From Nostoc sp. PCC 7120 = FACHB-418 (GTDB taxonomy: Bacteria; Cyanobacteriota; Cyanobacteriia; Cyanobacteriales; Nostocaceae), in contig NC_003272.1 in assembly GCF_000009705.1 (NCBI RefSeq), positions 30,001 to 62,000 on the forward strand: a stretch of 32,000 bases of DNA, written 5' to 3'. A program made the position numbers and the translations under genes. The first letter of the stretch is position 1. Every line of letters starts with the position of its first letter. Positions 9,157 through 17,901 of this stretch are shown here, piece after piece. Under the pieces are notes generated by a model. It saw only the letters and a list, made by a program, of their open reading frames with translations. It had not been told where the DNA came from and did not search any database.

Positions 9157-9294
9157 TTAGTGTTCTCCTGTCTTCTCAATTGTTTCAATCACCGCCAAAC
9201 CTATACCAGAAGCTGTAATCAACAGTACTACCGATAGCAGAAAGGCGCTGGTTAGCATCCGCAAGGCTTCATCGAAAAAAATATAGGTGGTCAT
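9157..9294 (-). CDS. Small hydrophobic protein (45 aa), absent from the ORF track
   Basis: MTTYIFFDEALRMLTSAFLLSVVLLITASGIGLAVIETIEKTGEH has one clear TM helix. AGGTGA lies 4-5 nt upstream of the ATG, and a 9-bp hairpin (9078..9113) lies downstream. Confidence 0.4.
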   Translation of the reverse strand: MTTYIFFDEALRMLTSAFLLSVVLLITASGIGLAVIETIEKTGEH

Positions 9295-9856
9295 TGCTTC
9301 ACCTGTTGAATTCTGTGCTGCTAGTACTTTTTATTTCTCCACCTCCTGAGTCAGGAATTCCGTCGAGAAACTGCTAGCAATTGCATCTTAACAAAACTTT
9401 AGCTCTTTCAGTTTATGAAACAAAATATTTCTTTCTAAAGATTCGATGAAATTAGCCTAGATTTTGTTGCGTACGGTACTGAAAAATTTTTTATGAGAAG
9501 AATCAGCTATCTCTATCGCTATTACTTTAGTTAGTGGAAGGTAAAATAAAACACTTATATTCTGAAAATAGCTCTGAGTTCTCATAAACAGCCATAAAAT
9601 TTATAGAAGCTAATTGTTAATCTCTAAACCGCTAAAATACCTAGCAAATATTTTGAGGAAATTTACTGATAAAACAAAATTCCCAGACCTTTGCTTTTAC
9701 ATCAGGTCAATTATGAGAAAGAATTAAGAATTTATTTACAAAATTTATATATTTTCAGCCTAAAGATGGAAGATTTTGTCAACGGTAAACTTTATTGATA
9801 TTGTTTCTTGTGAATTCTGCGGTGTTTTCTGCCCAACTCAAGCAAAAATAAAATCC

Positions 9857-10927
9857 ATGATACAAAATGATACAGAACTATTGACAACATCTGTTGCGGC
9901 TATGCCTATTCTGATTACAGGTGGTGCAGGCTTTATTGGTTCCAATTTCGTCCATCACTGGTATGAAAAGTACCCAGGCGATCGCATGATTGTTTTGGAC
10001 GCGCTCACCTATGCTGGTAATCGCCAAAATTTAGCAGACATAGAAGGAAAAGCAAATTTACGTTTTGTAAAGGGAGATATAGGCGATCGGGCCCTTATAG
10101 ATCAGTTACTAGAGGAAGAAAAGATTCAGGCGATCGCCCACTTTGCAGCCGAATCTCATGTTGATCGCTCAATTGTCGCACCAGATGCTTTCATTCAGAC
10201 CAATGTAGTGGGTACATTCACCTTATTAGAAGCTTTTCGCCATCACTGGACAAAACAAGGCAAACCTGCAAACTACCGCTTTCTCCACGTCTCTACAGAT
10301 GAAGTTTACGGCAGCCTTGAACTAGATGACCCAGCTTTTACAGAAACAACTCCTTACGCACCCAACAGTCCCTATTCCGCCTCCAAAGCAGGTAGTGATC
10401 ATCTAGCACGAGCTTATTATCATACCTATGGTTTACCAACCTTAATTACCAACTGCTCCAATAACTACGGCCCCTATCACTTCCCCGAAAAATTAATACC
10501 CTTGATTTGTCTAAATATTCTCTTAGGTAAGCCTCTACCCATCTATGGAGATGGGTTAAATATCCGCGATTGGCTTTATGTTGAAGATCATTGCCGTGCT
10601 TTAGATATTGTGATTCATCAAGGTAAGCCAGGAGAAACCTATAACATTGGCGGTAATAACGAAATCAAAAACATTGACCTTGTTCAGATGATCTGTGAGT
10701 TAATGGACGAATTAGCCCCTGATTTACCCGTTTCTCCCGCCAGTAAACTAATTACCTTCGTCAAAGACCGCCCCGGACACGATCGCCGTTATGCGATCAA
10801 CGCAACAAAAATCAAAACAGAATTAGGTTGGGAACCTCAACAAACAATCTCGACTGGATTACGCCACACCATCCAGTGGTATCTAACTCATCGCCATTGG
10901 TGGGAAGCACTTTTACCAAAGGAGTAG
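9857..10927 (+). CDS. rfbB: dTDP-glucose 4,6-dehydratase (extended SDR)
   Basis: [12 protein letters not shown] Rossmann motif, catalytic YSASKA (Y-x-x-x-K) and VSTDEVYG. The start is uncertain: ATG 9857 or ATG 9902 (MPILITGG). The track's 9776 extension looks non-coding. Confidence 0.85.
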   Translation: MIQNDTELLTTSVAAMPILITGGAGFIGSNFVHHWYEKYPGDRMIVLDALTYAGNRQNLADIEGKANLRFVKGDIGDRALIDQLLEEEKIQAIAHFAAESHVDRSIVAPDAFIQTNVVGTFTLLEAFRHHWTKQGKPANYRFLHVSTDEVYGSLELDDPAFTETTPYAPNSPYSASKAGSDHLARAYYHTYGLPTLITNCSNNYGPYHFPEKLIPLICLNILLGKPLPIYGDGLNIRDWLYVEDHCRALDIVIHQGKPGETYNIGGNNEIKNIDLVQMICELMDELAPDLPVSPASKLITFVKDRPGHDRRYAINATKIKTELGWEPQQTISTGLRHTIQWYLTHRHWWEALLPKE

Positions 10928-10950
10928 GTCAAGATTGAAAGGGAAAAATC

Positions 10951-11826
10951 ATGTTCACCAACTTTGAACAAACCATAGTTGATACAACTGAGGCTCGAAT
11001 CAATCTAGTCAAAGCTGGTCACGGCGCGCCACTACTTTTATTACATGGCTATCCTCAAACTCATGTCATGTGGCATAAGATAGCCCCTCTCCTGGCAAAC
11101 AATTTTACTGTAGTCGCAACTGACCTGAGAGGATACGGCGACAGCTCCCGACCTGCAAGCGTCCCCCATCACATCAATTATTCCAAACGAGTGATGGCGC
11201 AAGATCAAGTCGAGGTCATGTCAAAGTTAGGGTATGAACAATTTTATGTGGTCGGTCATGACCGAGGAGCGCGAGTTGCTCATCGTCTGGCGTTAGATCA
11301 TCCTCACCGCGTCAAAAAACTAGCCTTACTAGATATTGCGCCCACCCATAAAATGTACAGGACAACCGATCAAGAGTTTGCCACAGCTTATTATCATTGG
11401 TTCTTCCTGATTCAACCCGATAATTTACCAGAAACCTTAATCGGAGCCAATCCCGAATATTATCTACGTAAATGTTTAGAAAAATGGGGTAAAGATTTTT
11501 CAGCTTTTCATCCTCAAGCTTTAGCCGAATATATACGGTGCTTTTCTCAGCCTGCTGTAATTCACGCGACCTGTGAAGATTATCGTGCTGCGGCCACAAT
11601 TGATTTAGAACATGATGAACTCGACATGAAACAAAAAATTTCGTGTCCAGTGTTGGTTTTGTGGGGAGAGAAAGGAATTATTGGGCGCAAATATGATGTG
11701 TTGGCAACTTGGCGAGAACGGGCAATTGATGTAAGTGGTCAGTCTCTACCTTGTGGACATTTTCTGCCAGAAGAAGCACCAGAGGAGACTTATCAGGCTA
11801 TTTATAATTTTTTAACTCACTGTTAA
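10951..11826 (+). CDS. Alpha/beta hydrolase, haloacetate (fluoroacetate) dehalogenase-like subfamily
   Basis: HGYPQTHVMW, nucleophile elbow VGHDRGARVAHR (Asp with Arg at +1 and +4), YYHWFF, CEDYRAA and C-terminal CGHF. It starts 23 nt after rfbB. Confidence 0.75.
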   Translation: MFTNFEQTIVDTTEARINLVKAGHGAPLLLLHGYPQTHVMWHKIAPLLANNFTVVATDLRGYGDSSRPASVPHHINYSKRVMAQDQVEVMSKLGYEQFYVVGHDRGARVAHRLALDHPHRVKKLALLDIAPTHKMYRTTDQEFATAYYHWFFLIQPDNLPETLIGANPEYYLRKCLEKWGKDFSAFHPQALAEYIRCFSQPAVIHATCEDYRAAATIDLEHDELDMKQKISCPVLVLWGEKGIIGRKYDVLATWRERAIDVSGQSLPCGHFLPEEAPEETYQAIYNFLTHC

Positions 11827-11959
11827 TCCAGTGATTTTTGGGATTGGTAATTGGTAAATGACAAACGAGTTTTAATCTTTACTATCCCTGAGATCATCTA
11901 AATTGCGATCGCCATAACAATAGTTGTGATGAAAATCACATCAAGCTGGTTTTAGCATC

Positions 11960-13552
11960 CTAGCGATAAAAAAATCCTACAGAGTATAAGTAGCTAACTG
12001 TCAGCCAAACAGCAGCGATCGCCATCACCGTCCAAGCAATAAGTAAAATGTAATAAATAAATTTTAATGATGGATTGTCAGCTACATCTTCTGCTAAGAA
12101 AGTAAAGGGTAGAAACGCAAACCGATTATATTTACGCAAATATCGCCCTGTTTCTGGAGCAATTCGAGTGGTGCATCGAGCAGATAAAGAATCGTTGAGC
12201 AAGCAACCCACATTTAGGAATCGCTGTGCTAATCGAAAATCAAGCCGAGAACCGGGAACATTTACTTGTTTTTGTGTCACCTCCATTTGATGAGGTATAG
12301 CTACTGAAGCCAGCTGACAGACGATAGCAAATACAATTATTCCCCGCAACAACCAACCATATAGCTCCCGCCTATTCAGCAACCATTGAACAAGCAGACC
12401 AAGTAAAGGAATCATCAATAGGTGTGCGGAGGTAACATGATAGCGAGATGCCCAGGCAGAATCACCATGCCAAAACACAAAGCGACTATAAGCAACCAAA
12501 TGTAAGCCTATATTTATAACTACTGTTACCAAATACCACTGTAAGAAGGGATGGAGTTTGCGCCATAGTAACACTCCGATTACAAGACATGGAATTAGTA
12601 GAGGATCATAGACAAAAATACTTTTTGCTGGAGAAAGTAGTACCCCTAAAATACCTTCTGATGGTGGATTAATTAAAGGATAACCAGCTGGTAAATCAGG
12701 TAGACCAGACCAAACAGGGTCAGTCGCTAATTGCTGTTTCTCTGCAATTTTGCCATTAAGCCAGAAACTCCCATAACGCAGATAGTCAATATAACGACTG
12801 AGAAACACTAGGGGTAAATGTCCCCCAAGCCAAATGCCAAGTGCTTTTACTACCTCTTGCCACTTACGGTTTTGATAGAAAACGCAACCGCCAAGAAACA
12901 GCAGGACAGTTAAGGTATGTAAGGTACTAGTTGTCCGAATTAAAACAGCCAGTCCTAAAGCAGCACCACTCAAAACCGCAAGATAATTTTGTTTTTTCAA
13001 TACATATGCTAAAGCCGTCGCATAGCCCACAACAACCAACACCAGCAATTGATTATTATGCTGAGGCGCTTGAGCATAATGCAAAACAGTAGTTCCTAGA
13101 AACAATATCAGACTACTAACCGCAGCAATCAGCGAGTCAAAATTAAATAATTTAAGCAACCAATAAGACGCCACCACCACGGCCATGTTAATGGGTGCAA
13201 AGATCAAGAAAAGCACAGCCCATTGTCGCCATGTTTGAGAAGCGATCGCCGGAAAAACTTGATGTAACTGCTGTCCTACCCAGTCACCAGGCAACATCAG
13301 CATCGATTGTCCCACTTCATAGGCAATTACCCGTTTACCATCAGCCCCAATCACTCCAAATTGAATATCTCCCCTAACTTTGGCTTGATATCCTGGCGGT
13401 GGAGCAACTTCCTCTGTACCTGTCCACCAAGCATGAGCCATATTTAGCCTAAGAGTAGTGTCTAAAAACAACTCTCCAGGGACAACAACCATAGCCCACA
13501 ACAAAGCAATCAGAGCCACCTTAACTATAGGATTTAAAGTTTTAGTTTTCAT
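11960..13552 (-). CDS. Polytopic (about 12 TM) membrane protein, GT-C / ArnT-like glycosyltransferase candidate
   Basis: 530 aa with about 12 hydrophobic helices and a large first extracytoplasmic loop. The ATG overlaps the upstream gene's stop by 11 nt. The functional call rests on topology and operon context only. Confidence 0.6.
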   Translation of the reverse strand: MKTKTLNPIVKVALIALLWAMVVVPGELFLDTTLRLNMAHAWWTGTEEVAPPPGYQAKVRGDIQFGVIGADGKRVIAYEVGQSMLMLPGDWVGQQLHQVFPAIASQTWRQWAVLFLIFAPINMAVVVASYWLLKLFNFDSLIAAVSSLILFLGTTVLHYAQAPQHNNQLLVLVVVGYATALAYVLKKQNYLAVLSGAALGLAVLIRTTSTLHTLTVLLFLGGCVFYQNRKWQEVVKALGIWLGGHLPLVFLSRYIDYLRYGSFWLNGKIAEKQQLATDPVWSGLPDLPAGYPLINPPSEGILGVLLSPAKSIFVYDPLLIPCLVIGVLLWRKLHPFLQWYLVTVVINIGLHLVAYSRFVFWHGDSAWASRYHVTSAHLLMIPLLGLLVQWLLNRRELYGWLLRGIIVFAIVCQLASVAIPHQMEVTQKQVNVPGSRLDFRLAQRFLNVGCLLNDSLSARCTTRIAPETGRYLRKYNRFAFLPFTFLAEDVADNPSLKFIYYILLIAWTVMAIAAVWLTVSYLYSVGFFYR

Positions 13553-14498
13553 ATTGTTTTGCAGGTTTCACCCAATGAAGATAAAGGTAAATACTGAGTC
13601 CAACTAAAGTTACGCCTCCAAATAGGAATACCTGAAACGCAATAGCCGCAGCTACTGCCTGGGCTGGTTCATATCCAAATAAGCTAAGAGTAAATGTATA
13701 AGAAAACTGATATGTTCCTACAAATCCTGGAGCTGAAGGCAATAGCGTACTCAAACTAGTCACCCCCATAAGCACTAACATTTGATACCAGTTAAGCGTT
13801 ACACCTACTGTTTTCATGATTGCCCAGAGGGTAAAGCCTTCTAATATCCAAATTCCCAATGTATACAACACCGCCAAAGAAAACCCGGCTCTGCGGCGGA
13901 TGGAAATCCCTTGTTGGAAATTAGTGAGGCGGTTAGCGATCGCAGGCGGTAAATAGGTAATCCCACGTTTTCCTAGATCAGTATCAACAAACAACATTGC
14001 CAACACAATGCTGCCAAACAGCAACGCGCCTGTTGTTGTCAGTGTACTAAGAACAGGTTGGGTGACAAATAAGCGCCCTACCGCCAGACATACCACAACC
14101 GCCACTCCATCCAGTACCCGCTCTACTACAATAGAGGCGATGACTGCGGTTCGAGATAAACTATAGCGCCGTCCGGCAAAATCAGCCCGAAACAATTCTC
14201 CCAGCCGCGCCGGTAAAAGTGTATTGGCCGCATAGCCTACCATCAAAGCACTGCCAACTTGCTTAAACGATAGCGACTTCAAGCTCTTCAATAATGTCTG
14301 CCAGCGAATAACCCGCCCTACCATATTGAACGCATAACAGCCCATAGCGACTAGTAGCCAAGGTAATTGAGCTTGGCTTAACACTGCATTCACCTGTGCC
14401 GCACTCGTCTGCCGAAACGCTAACCACAGAAAAATTACACCAATAAGTAACCCTATGATGCCGCGTAGCCACTGTTTAAGAGCGGTTGAGGTTTTCAT
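13542..14498 (-). CDS. UPF0104 / lysyl-phosphatidylglycerol-synthase (MprF) transmembrane flippase-like domain protein
   Basis: 318 aa with about 8 TM helices. The N-terminus (LRGIIGLLIGVIFLWLAFRQ) and RVIRWQ motif are typical of the family. It starts 12 nt after the GT2 stop. Confidence 0.7.
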   Translation of the reverse strand: MKTSTALKQWLRGIIGLLIGVIFLWLAFRQTSAAQVNAVLSQAQLPWLLVAMGCYAFNMVGRVIRWQTLLKSLKSLSFKQVGSALMVGYAANTLLPARLGELFRADFAGRRYSLSRTAVIASIVVERVLDGVAVVVCLAVGRLFVTQPVLSTLTTTGALLFGSIVLAMLFVDTDLGKRGITYLPPAIANRLTNFQQGISIRRRAGFSLAVLYTLGIWILEGFTLWAIMKTVGVTLNWYQMLVLMGVTSLSTLLPSAPGFVGTYQFSYTFTLSLFGYEPAQAVAAAIAFQVFLFGGVTLVGLSIYLYLHWVKPAKQYEN

Positions 14499-14510
14499 AT
14501 CAAAACTTAT

Positions 14511-15497
14511 TTATTTGTGGGTAGTAAAAGCTGGGTAAGACAAGTAAATCATCCGCTTCATCTCCCGTCTTCCCCGCGCCACCGAGTCTAAAATTATCCC
14601 ACAGGTGAGGCTAAGAAAAGCTAACACTGTCATAGATGCAGACAAAATTGCTGTAGGGAATCGTGGCACTAAGCCAGTAGCTAGATACGTTTCTAGAACA
14701 GGCAAGATCAGCAACGTTGCTATCAGCATCAAGATTACAAACCCAATACCAAAGAAAAGAGCAGGACGTACTTCTTTGAACAGAAGAATTGCAGTTCCTA
14801 AAATACGCCAACCATCGGTAAAAGTTTTTAATTTACTATTGGAACCGGGAGGACGCTCGCCGTACATTGTCGGCTCCTCCGTAAACGGTAGTTTTAATTC
14901 CAGTGCGTGTACTGTTAATTCAGTTTCAATTTCAAATCCGTTAGATAAAGCCGGGAAAGATTTAACAAAGCGTCGGGAAAAGATGCGGTAGCCGGATAAC
15001 ATATCCTTTAATTCCGCACCAAATAACATTCGCACAAAAGAAGTAAGCATCCAATTTCCACCCCGATGCCCTGGACGATAAGCACTACCTGTTTTGCCCC
15101 GTCGAGTACCCACCACCATATCAAGGTTTCCCTTGACCAAACAATTGATTAGATGCGTTACAGCCTCCGTCTCGTAGGTATTATCGCCGTCTACTAAAAC
15201 ATAGATATCAGCATCAATATCTGCAAACATCCGCCGAACTACATTGCCTTTCCCTGGCACAGCTTCATGGCAGACAATTGCACCTGCTGATGTTGCCACT
15301 TCAGCCGTATCATCTGTAGAACAGTTGTTATAGACATAAATTTCTGAATCTGGAAGGAATTTCCGAAAATCAGATACGACCTGGGAAATTGTTAAGGCTT
15401 CATTGCGGCAAGGAATTAAAACCGCAATGCGATACTCAGTTAAATACATGGACTGCAAATTGTCAGTCAACTTATGGAAAGATACCTGATTTTTCAT
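14511..15497 (-). CDS. GT2 polyprenyl-phosphate glycosyltransferase (GtrB/ArnC/DPM1-like)
   Basis: IAVLIPCRNE, DGDNTY (DxD) and a catalytic domain followed by two C-terminal TM helices. ATG 15497 (MKNQV...) is preferred to TTG 15542. A later start at MYLTEY is also possible. Confidence 0.85.
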   Translation of the reverse strand: MKNQVSFHKLTDNLQSMYLTEYRIAVLIPCRNEALTISQVVSDFRKFLPDSEIYVYNNCSTDDTAEVATSAGAIVCHEAVPGKGNVVRRMFADIDADIYVLVDGDNTYETEAVTHLINCLVKGNLDMVVGTRRGKTGSAYRPGHRGGNWMLTSFVRMLFGAELKDMLSGYRIFSRRFVKSFPALSNGFEIETELTVHALELKLPFTEEPTMYGERPPGSNSKLKTFTDGWRILGTAILLFKEVRPALFFGIGFVILMLIATLLILPVLETYLATGLVPRFPTAILSASMTVLAFLSLTCGIILDSVARGRREMKRMIYLSYPAFTTHK

Positions 15498-16575
15498 AAA
15501 GTATTGATATACTAAAAACTCTGAATGCAGGAATTTTGCCAAGGCAAAGAAAACTTTACCTGTTAATCTCTTAGCTATTTTTAAAGTAAATCTTCAACCA
15601 GTTTGTAGTATACCATTGATGATTAATGGGTTCATAATGATAAACCCTTGAGGAGAAGACAGAGAACACCGCAAAAAAGTTCTGGTTCTCTTTTTTAATT
15701 TCTATAATATACTTCTAGTTTCAATCTTTTTTCAAAACATAGCTTACCTCTGCAAATAAATTAACAATTAAAGAGAAACTAATATTTTAGAATACCAGTT
15801 AAAACTATATCGGTAAAGTTTAAACAAATGAGATTTACACAGTTACTTTAAAATTAAAGAAATGATGAATTAGAACTAACTGGCAATCTCAGTTACCATG
15901 TTTTTGTTAAAAATAGCTTCTTTAAAGTTTAATTTAACCCTAGTCCCTCAATGTGGCTTGATAAAAAAGTTAAGAGATTTTTGCTTTAAAAAAGAATTTA
16001 ATTAAGGACGTTAGGATCTAATAGGCATTAGAGGTTAAGTCCTAAAATCTAAAGGAAATATATTCTCCCATTAGCAGTGTAATGCGTTAGTGATACTAAG
16101 TAGACGAACGTTGACACCAATACTACTAACAGTGAAATCTGCCAAAAATCTCTTGTCTCATGGATACTACCTCATCATTTGTAATGTTTTTTTGTATAGA
16201 TAAATACTTAATGTTGAGATTACAGCATTTTTGCTCTTGTAATCCTTAACTGCTCCTAACACAGTGCAGTATTGCCCATCCGAGAATAAGTCAAAGCCGA
16301 TGATAATGATAAGAATTTTCAATAAATTTGCTATTTTTACAGTCGACACAGCTAGCTATACTACCCCTAGTGCCGATTTTTCAAAGCTTTTACCGCCAAA
16401 ACCATCAGCACGAGATTACCTTGACTTATGGATTAGGTTAAGAGAAACTAACTAATAACAGATGTGTTGACTTATAAAATTCATAATTTTTGTAAATTTT
16501 CTGAGATATTTATTTTGAGAGATGGAACATTAGTTAAAAAATGGCAAGTTTGTATCTAAGTAACAATGTTCCTGG

Positions 16576-16591
16576 AGCTATACATATAGCT
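16576..16591. promoter_or_regulatory. Near-perfect palindrome AGCTATA-CA-TATAGCT upstream of the DUF2997 operon
   Basis: 7+7 bp inverted repeat with a 2 bp centre, about 50 nt upstream of ATG 16643. This geometry suits a dimeric DNA-binding protein, not an RNA hairpin. Confidence 0.25.
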
Positions 16592-16642
16592 TGCTGCTAA
16601 GGCAGTAAAATTCAAGCGGACTTATTGTGGTTGGCTAAGAGT

Positions 16643-16852
16643 ATGGAAACATTAGAATTCATCATTTATCCAGACGGTCGGGTACAAGAAACAGTCACTG
16701 GCATTGTAGGGGCTTCCTGTGCTGAGGTTACAGCAGCAATAGAAGCACAGCTAGGGCAAGTACTCACTCATGAGCCAACCTCAGAATTTTTCGCTACGCA
16801 GGTTCAGGAATCTAGCCTGGCAAATACGCAAACTACTTACAGCGATTGGTAA
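16643..16852 (+). CDS. DUF2997 family small protein
   Basis: METLEFIIYPDGRVQETVTGIVGASCAEVTAAIEAQLGQV matches the remembered DUF2997 pattern. ATG 16643 is preferred to TTG 16625. Confidence 0.7.
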   Translation: METLEFIIYPDGRVQETVTGIVGASCAEVTAAIEAQLGQVLTHEPTSEFFATQVQESSLANTQTTYSDW

Positions 16853-16891
16853 GTTCTCACAGCAGTTCATTGTCGTTGATTTACAACCACC

Positions 16892-17278
16892 ATGTCACAC
16901 TTTAGCCAAATTAAGACTCAGATCCGTAACCTCGAATCTTTACAAGAAGCGCTCACCGATTTGGGCATAGACTGGAAACCAGGCCCACAGGAAGTACGCG
17001 GCTATCGCGGTCAGACCCATCCTGCGGAAATTACCATTGAGCAGGAGAATGGCTATGACATCGGCTTTAGATGGAATGGCAAAGAATATGAGCTAGTAGC
17101 AGACCTACAATATTGGCAACAAAATTTGTCAGTTGATGGTTTCCTACGCCAAGTTACCCAACGTTATGCTTACCAAACAGTAGTGAAAGAAACTGCTCGT
17201 GTAGGCTTCCAAGTCTCCGAACAGCAAAAAAATGACGATGGTTCTATTCGCCTAGTTGTACAGCGCTGGAGTGCGTAA
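16892..17278 (+). CDS. ycf35: Ycf35 (DUF1257) family protein
   Basis: MSHFSQIKTQIRNLESLQEALTDLG ... RGYRGQT ... GYDIGFRWNGKEYELVADL is the typical Ycf35/DUF1257 signature. Confidence 0.8.
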   Translation: MSHFSQIKTQIRNLESLQEALTDLGIDWKPGPQEVRGYRGQTHPAEITIEQENGYDIGFRWNGKEYELVADLQYWQQNLSVDGFLRQVTQRYAYQTVVKETARVGFQVSEQQKNDDGSIRLVVQRWSA

Positions 17279-17736
17279 TGGCTGATTTTCTGCCGTCGCC
17301 AGAACAAGAAGACAATCGTTCCGGTTTTGAGCCAGAACTAGGGGGTTTTTTGCGGGATGCCCCAGAACGTTCTGGTTTTGAACCAGAATTGGGCGGAATA
17401 TTGCGGCAAAAAGGTGTTTATGTTGACGAGATCACCTGTATTGGTTGCAAGCATTGCGCTCATGTGGCGCGGAACACATTCTACATTGAGCCTGATTATG
17501 GGCGATCGCGTGTAATTCGTCAAGATGGGGACGCGGAAGAAGTTATTCAAGAAGCAATTGACACTTGTCCGGTTGATTGTATTCATTGGGTTGATTACAC
17601 CGAACTCAAGAATTTAGAAGAAGATCGTAAATTCCAGGTAATTCCTGTTGTTGGCTACCCAGTAGATCACGCAGTTGCAACTACCGAAAAGCGGCGGCGA
17701 AAGCAAAAGTCCAAGAATAAAAAATCCCGTTATTAA
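17278..17736 (+). CDS. 4Fe-4S ferredoxin-domain protein with repeat-bearing N-terminus and basic tail
   Basis: CIGCKHCAHVARNTF ... CPVDCIH cysteine pattern. The ATG overlaps the ycf35 stop (TAATG). The C-terminal tail is KRRRKQKSKNKKSRY. Confidence 0.8.
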   Translation: MADFLPSPEQEDNRSGFEPELGGFLRDAPERSGFEPELGGILRQKGVYVDEITCIGCKHCAHVARNTFYIEPDYGRSRVIRQDGDAEEVIQEAIDTCPVDCIHWVDYTELKNLEEDRKFQVIPVVGYPVDHAVATTEKRRRKQKSKNKKSRY

Positions 17737-17759
17737 AATAAAAATAACTCTATAAAAAT

Positions 17760-17792
17760 AAAAGGACTGTTAATAACAGCCCTTTTATTTTT
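17760..17792. terminator. Bidirectional rho-independent terminator between convergent ferredoxin and yiaAB-like genes
   Basis: AAAAGGaCTGTT-aata-AACAGcCCTTTT (12 bp stem with one mismatch), flanked by an A-run upstream and TTATTTTT downstream. Confidence 0.7.
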
Positions 17793-17901
17793 ATGATTTT
17801 TTAAAGTTTCAATTTAGCATCAATCCGGTATACACCTTTGTTGATTACTCCTGAGCCTAACCTCATTTCACGCACTTAACTAAATTGAATTTAACTATAT
17901 T

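Noticed and set aside
14263-14991. ORFs 14263..14472(-), 14605..14991(+) and 14611..14811(-) inside the GT2 and flippase-like genes
   Set aside because: They are nested in or antisent to genes with clear family motifs. They have no RBS and low-complexity, Arg/Ser-rich translations.
16167-16455. ORFs 16167..16349(-) and 16264..16455(+) in the AT-rich gap
   Set aside because: They overlap each other on opposite strands, are Ile/Lys/Asn-rich as expected from AT-rich non-coding DNA, and have no Shine-Dalgarno motif or recognisable family. They are kept only as part of the gap finding.
16541-16600. 19-aa ORF MASLYLSNNVPGAIHIACC (possible RiPP-like precursor ending in Cys-Cys)
   Set aside because: It has no RBS and there are no modifying-enzyme, protease or transporter genes nearby. 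It also overlaps the palindrome at 16576..16591. It is most likely a chance ORF.
16770-16970. 66-aa plus-strand ORF bridging the DUF2997 and ycf35 genes
   Set aside because: It is out of frame with, and overlaps, two genes that have clear family signatures.
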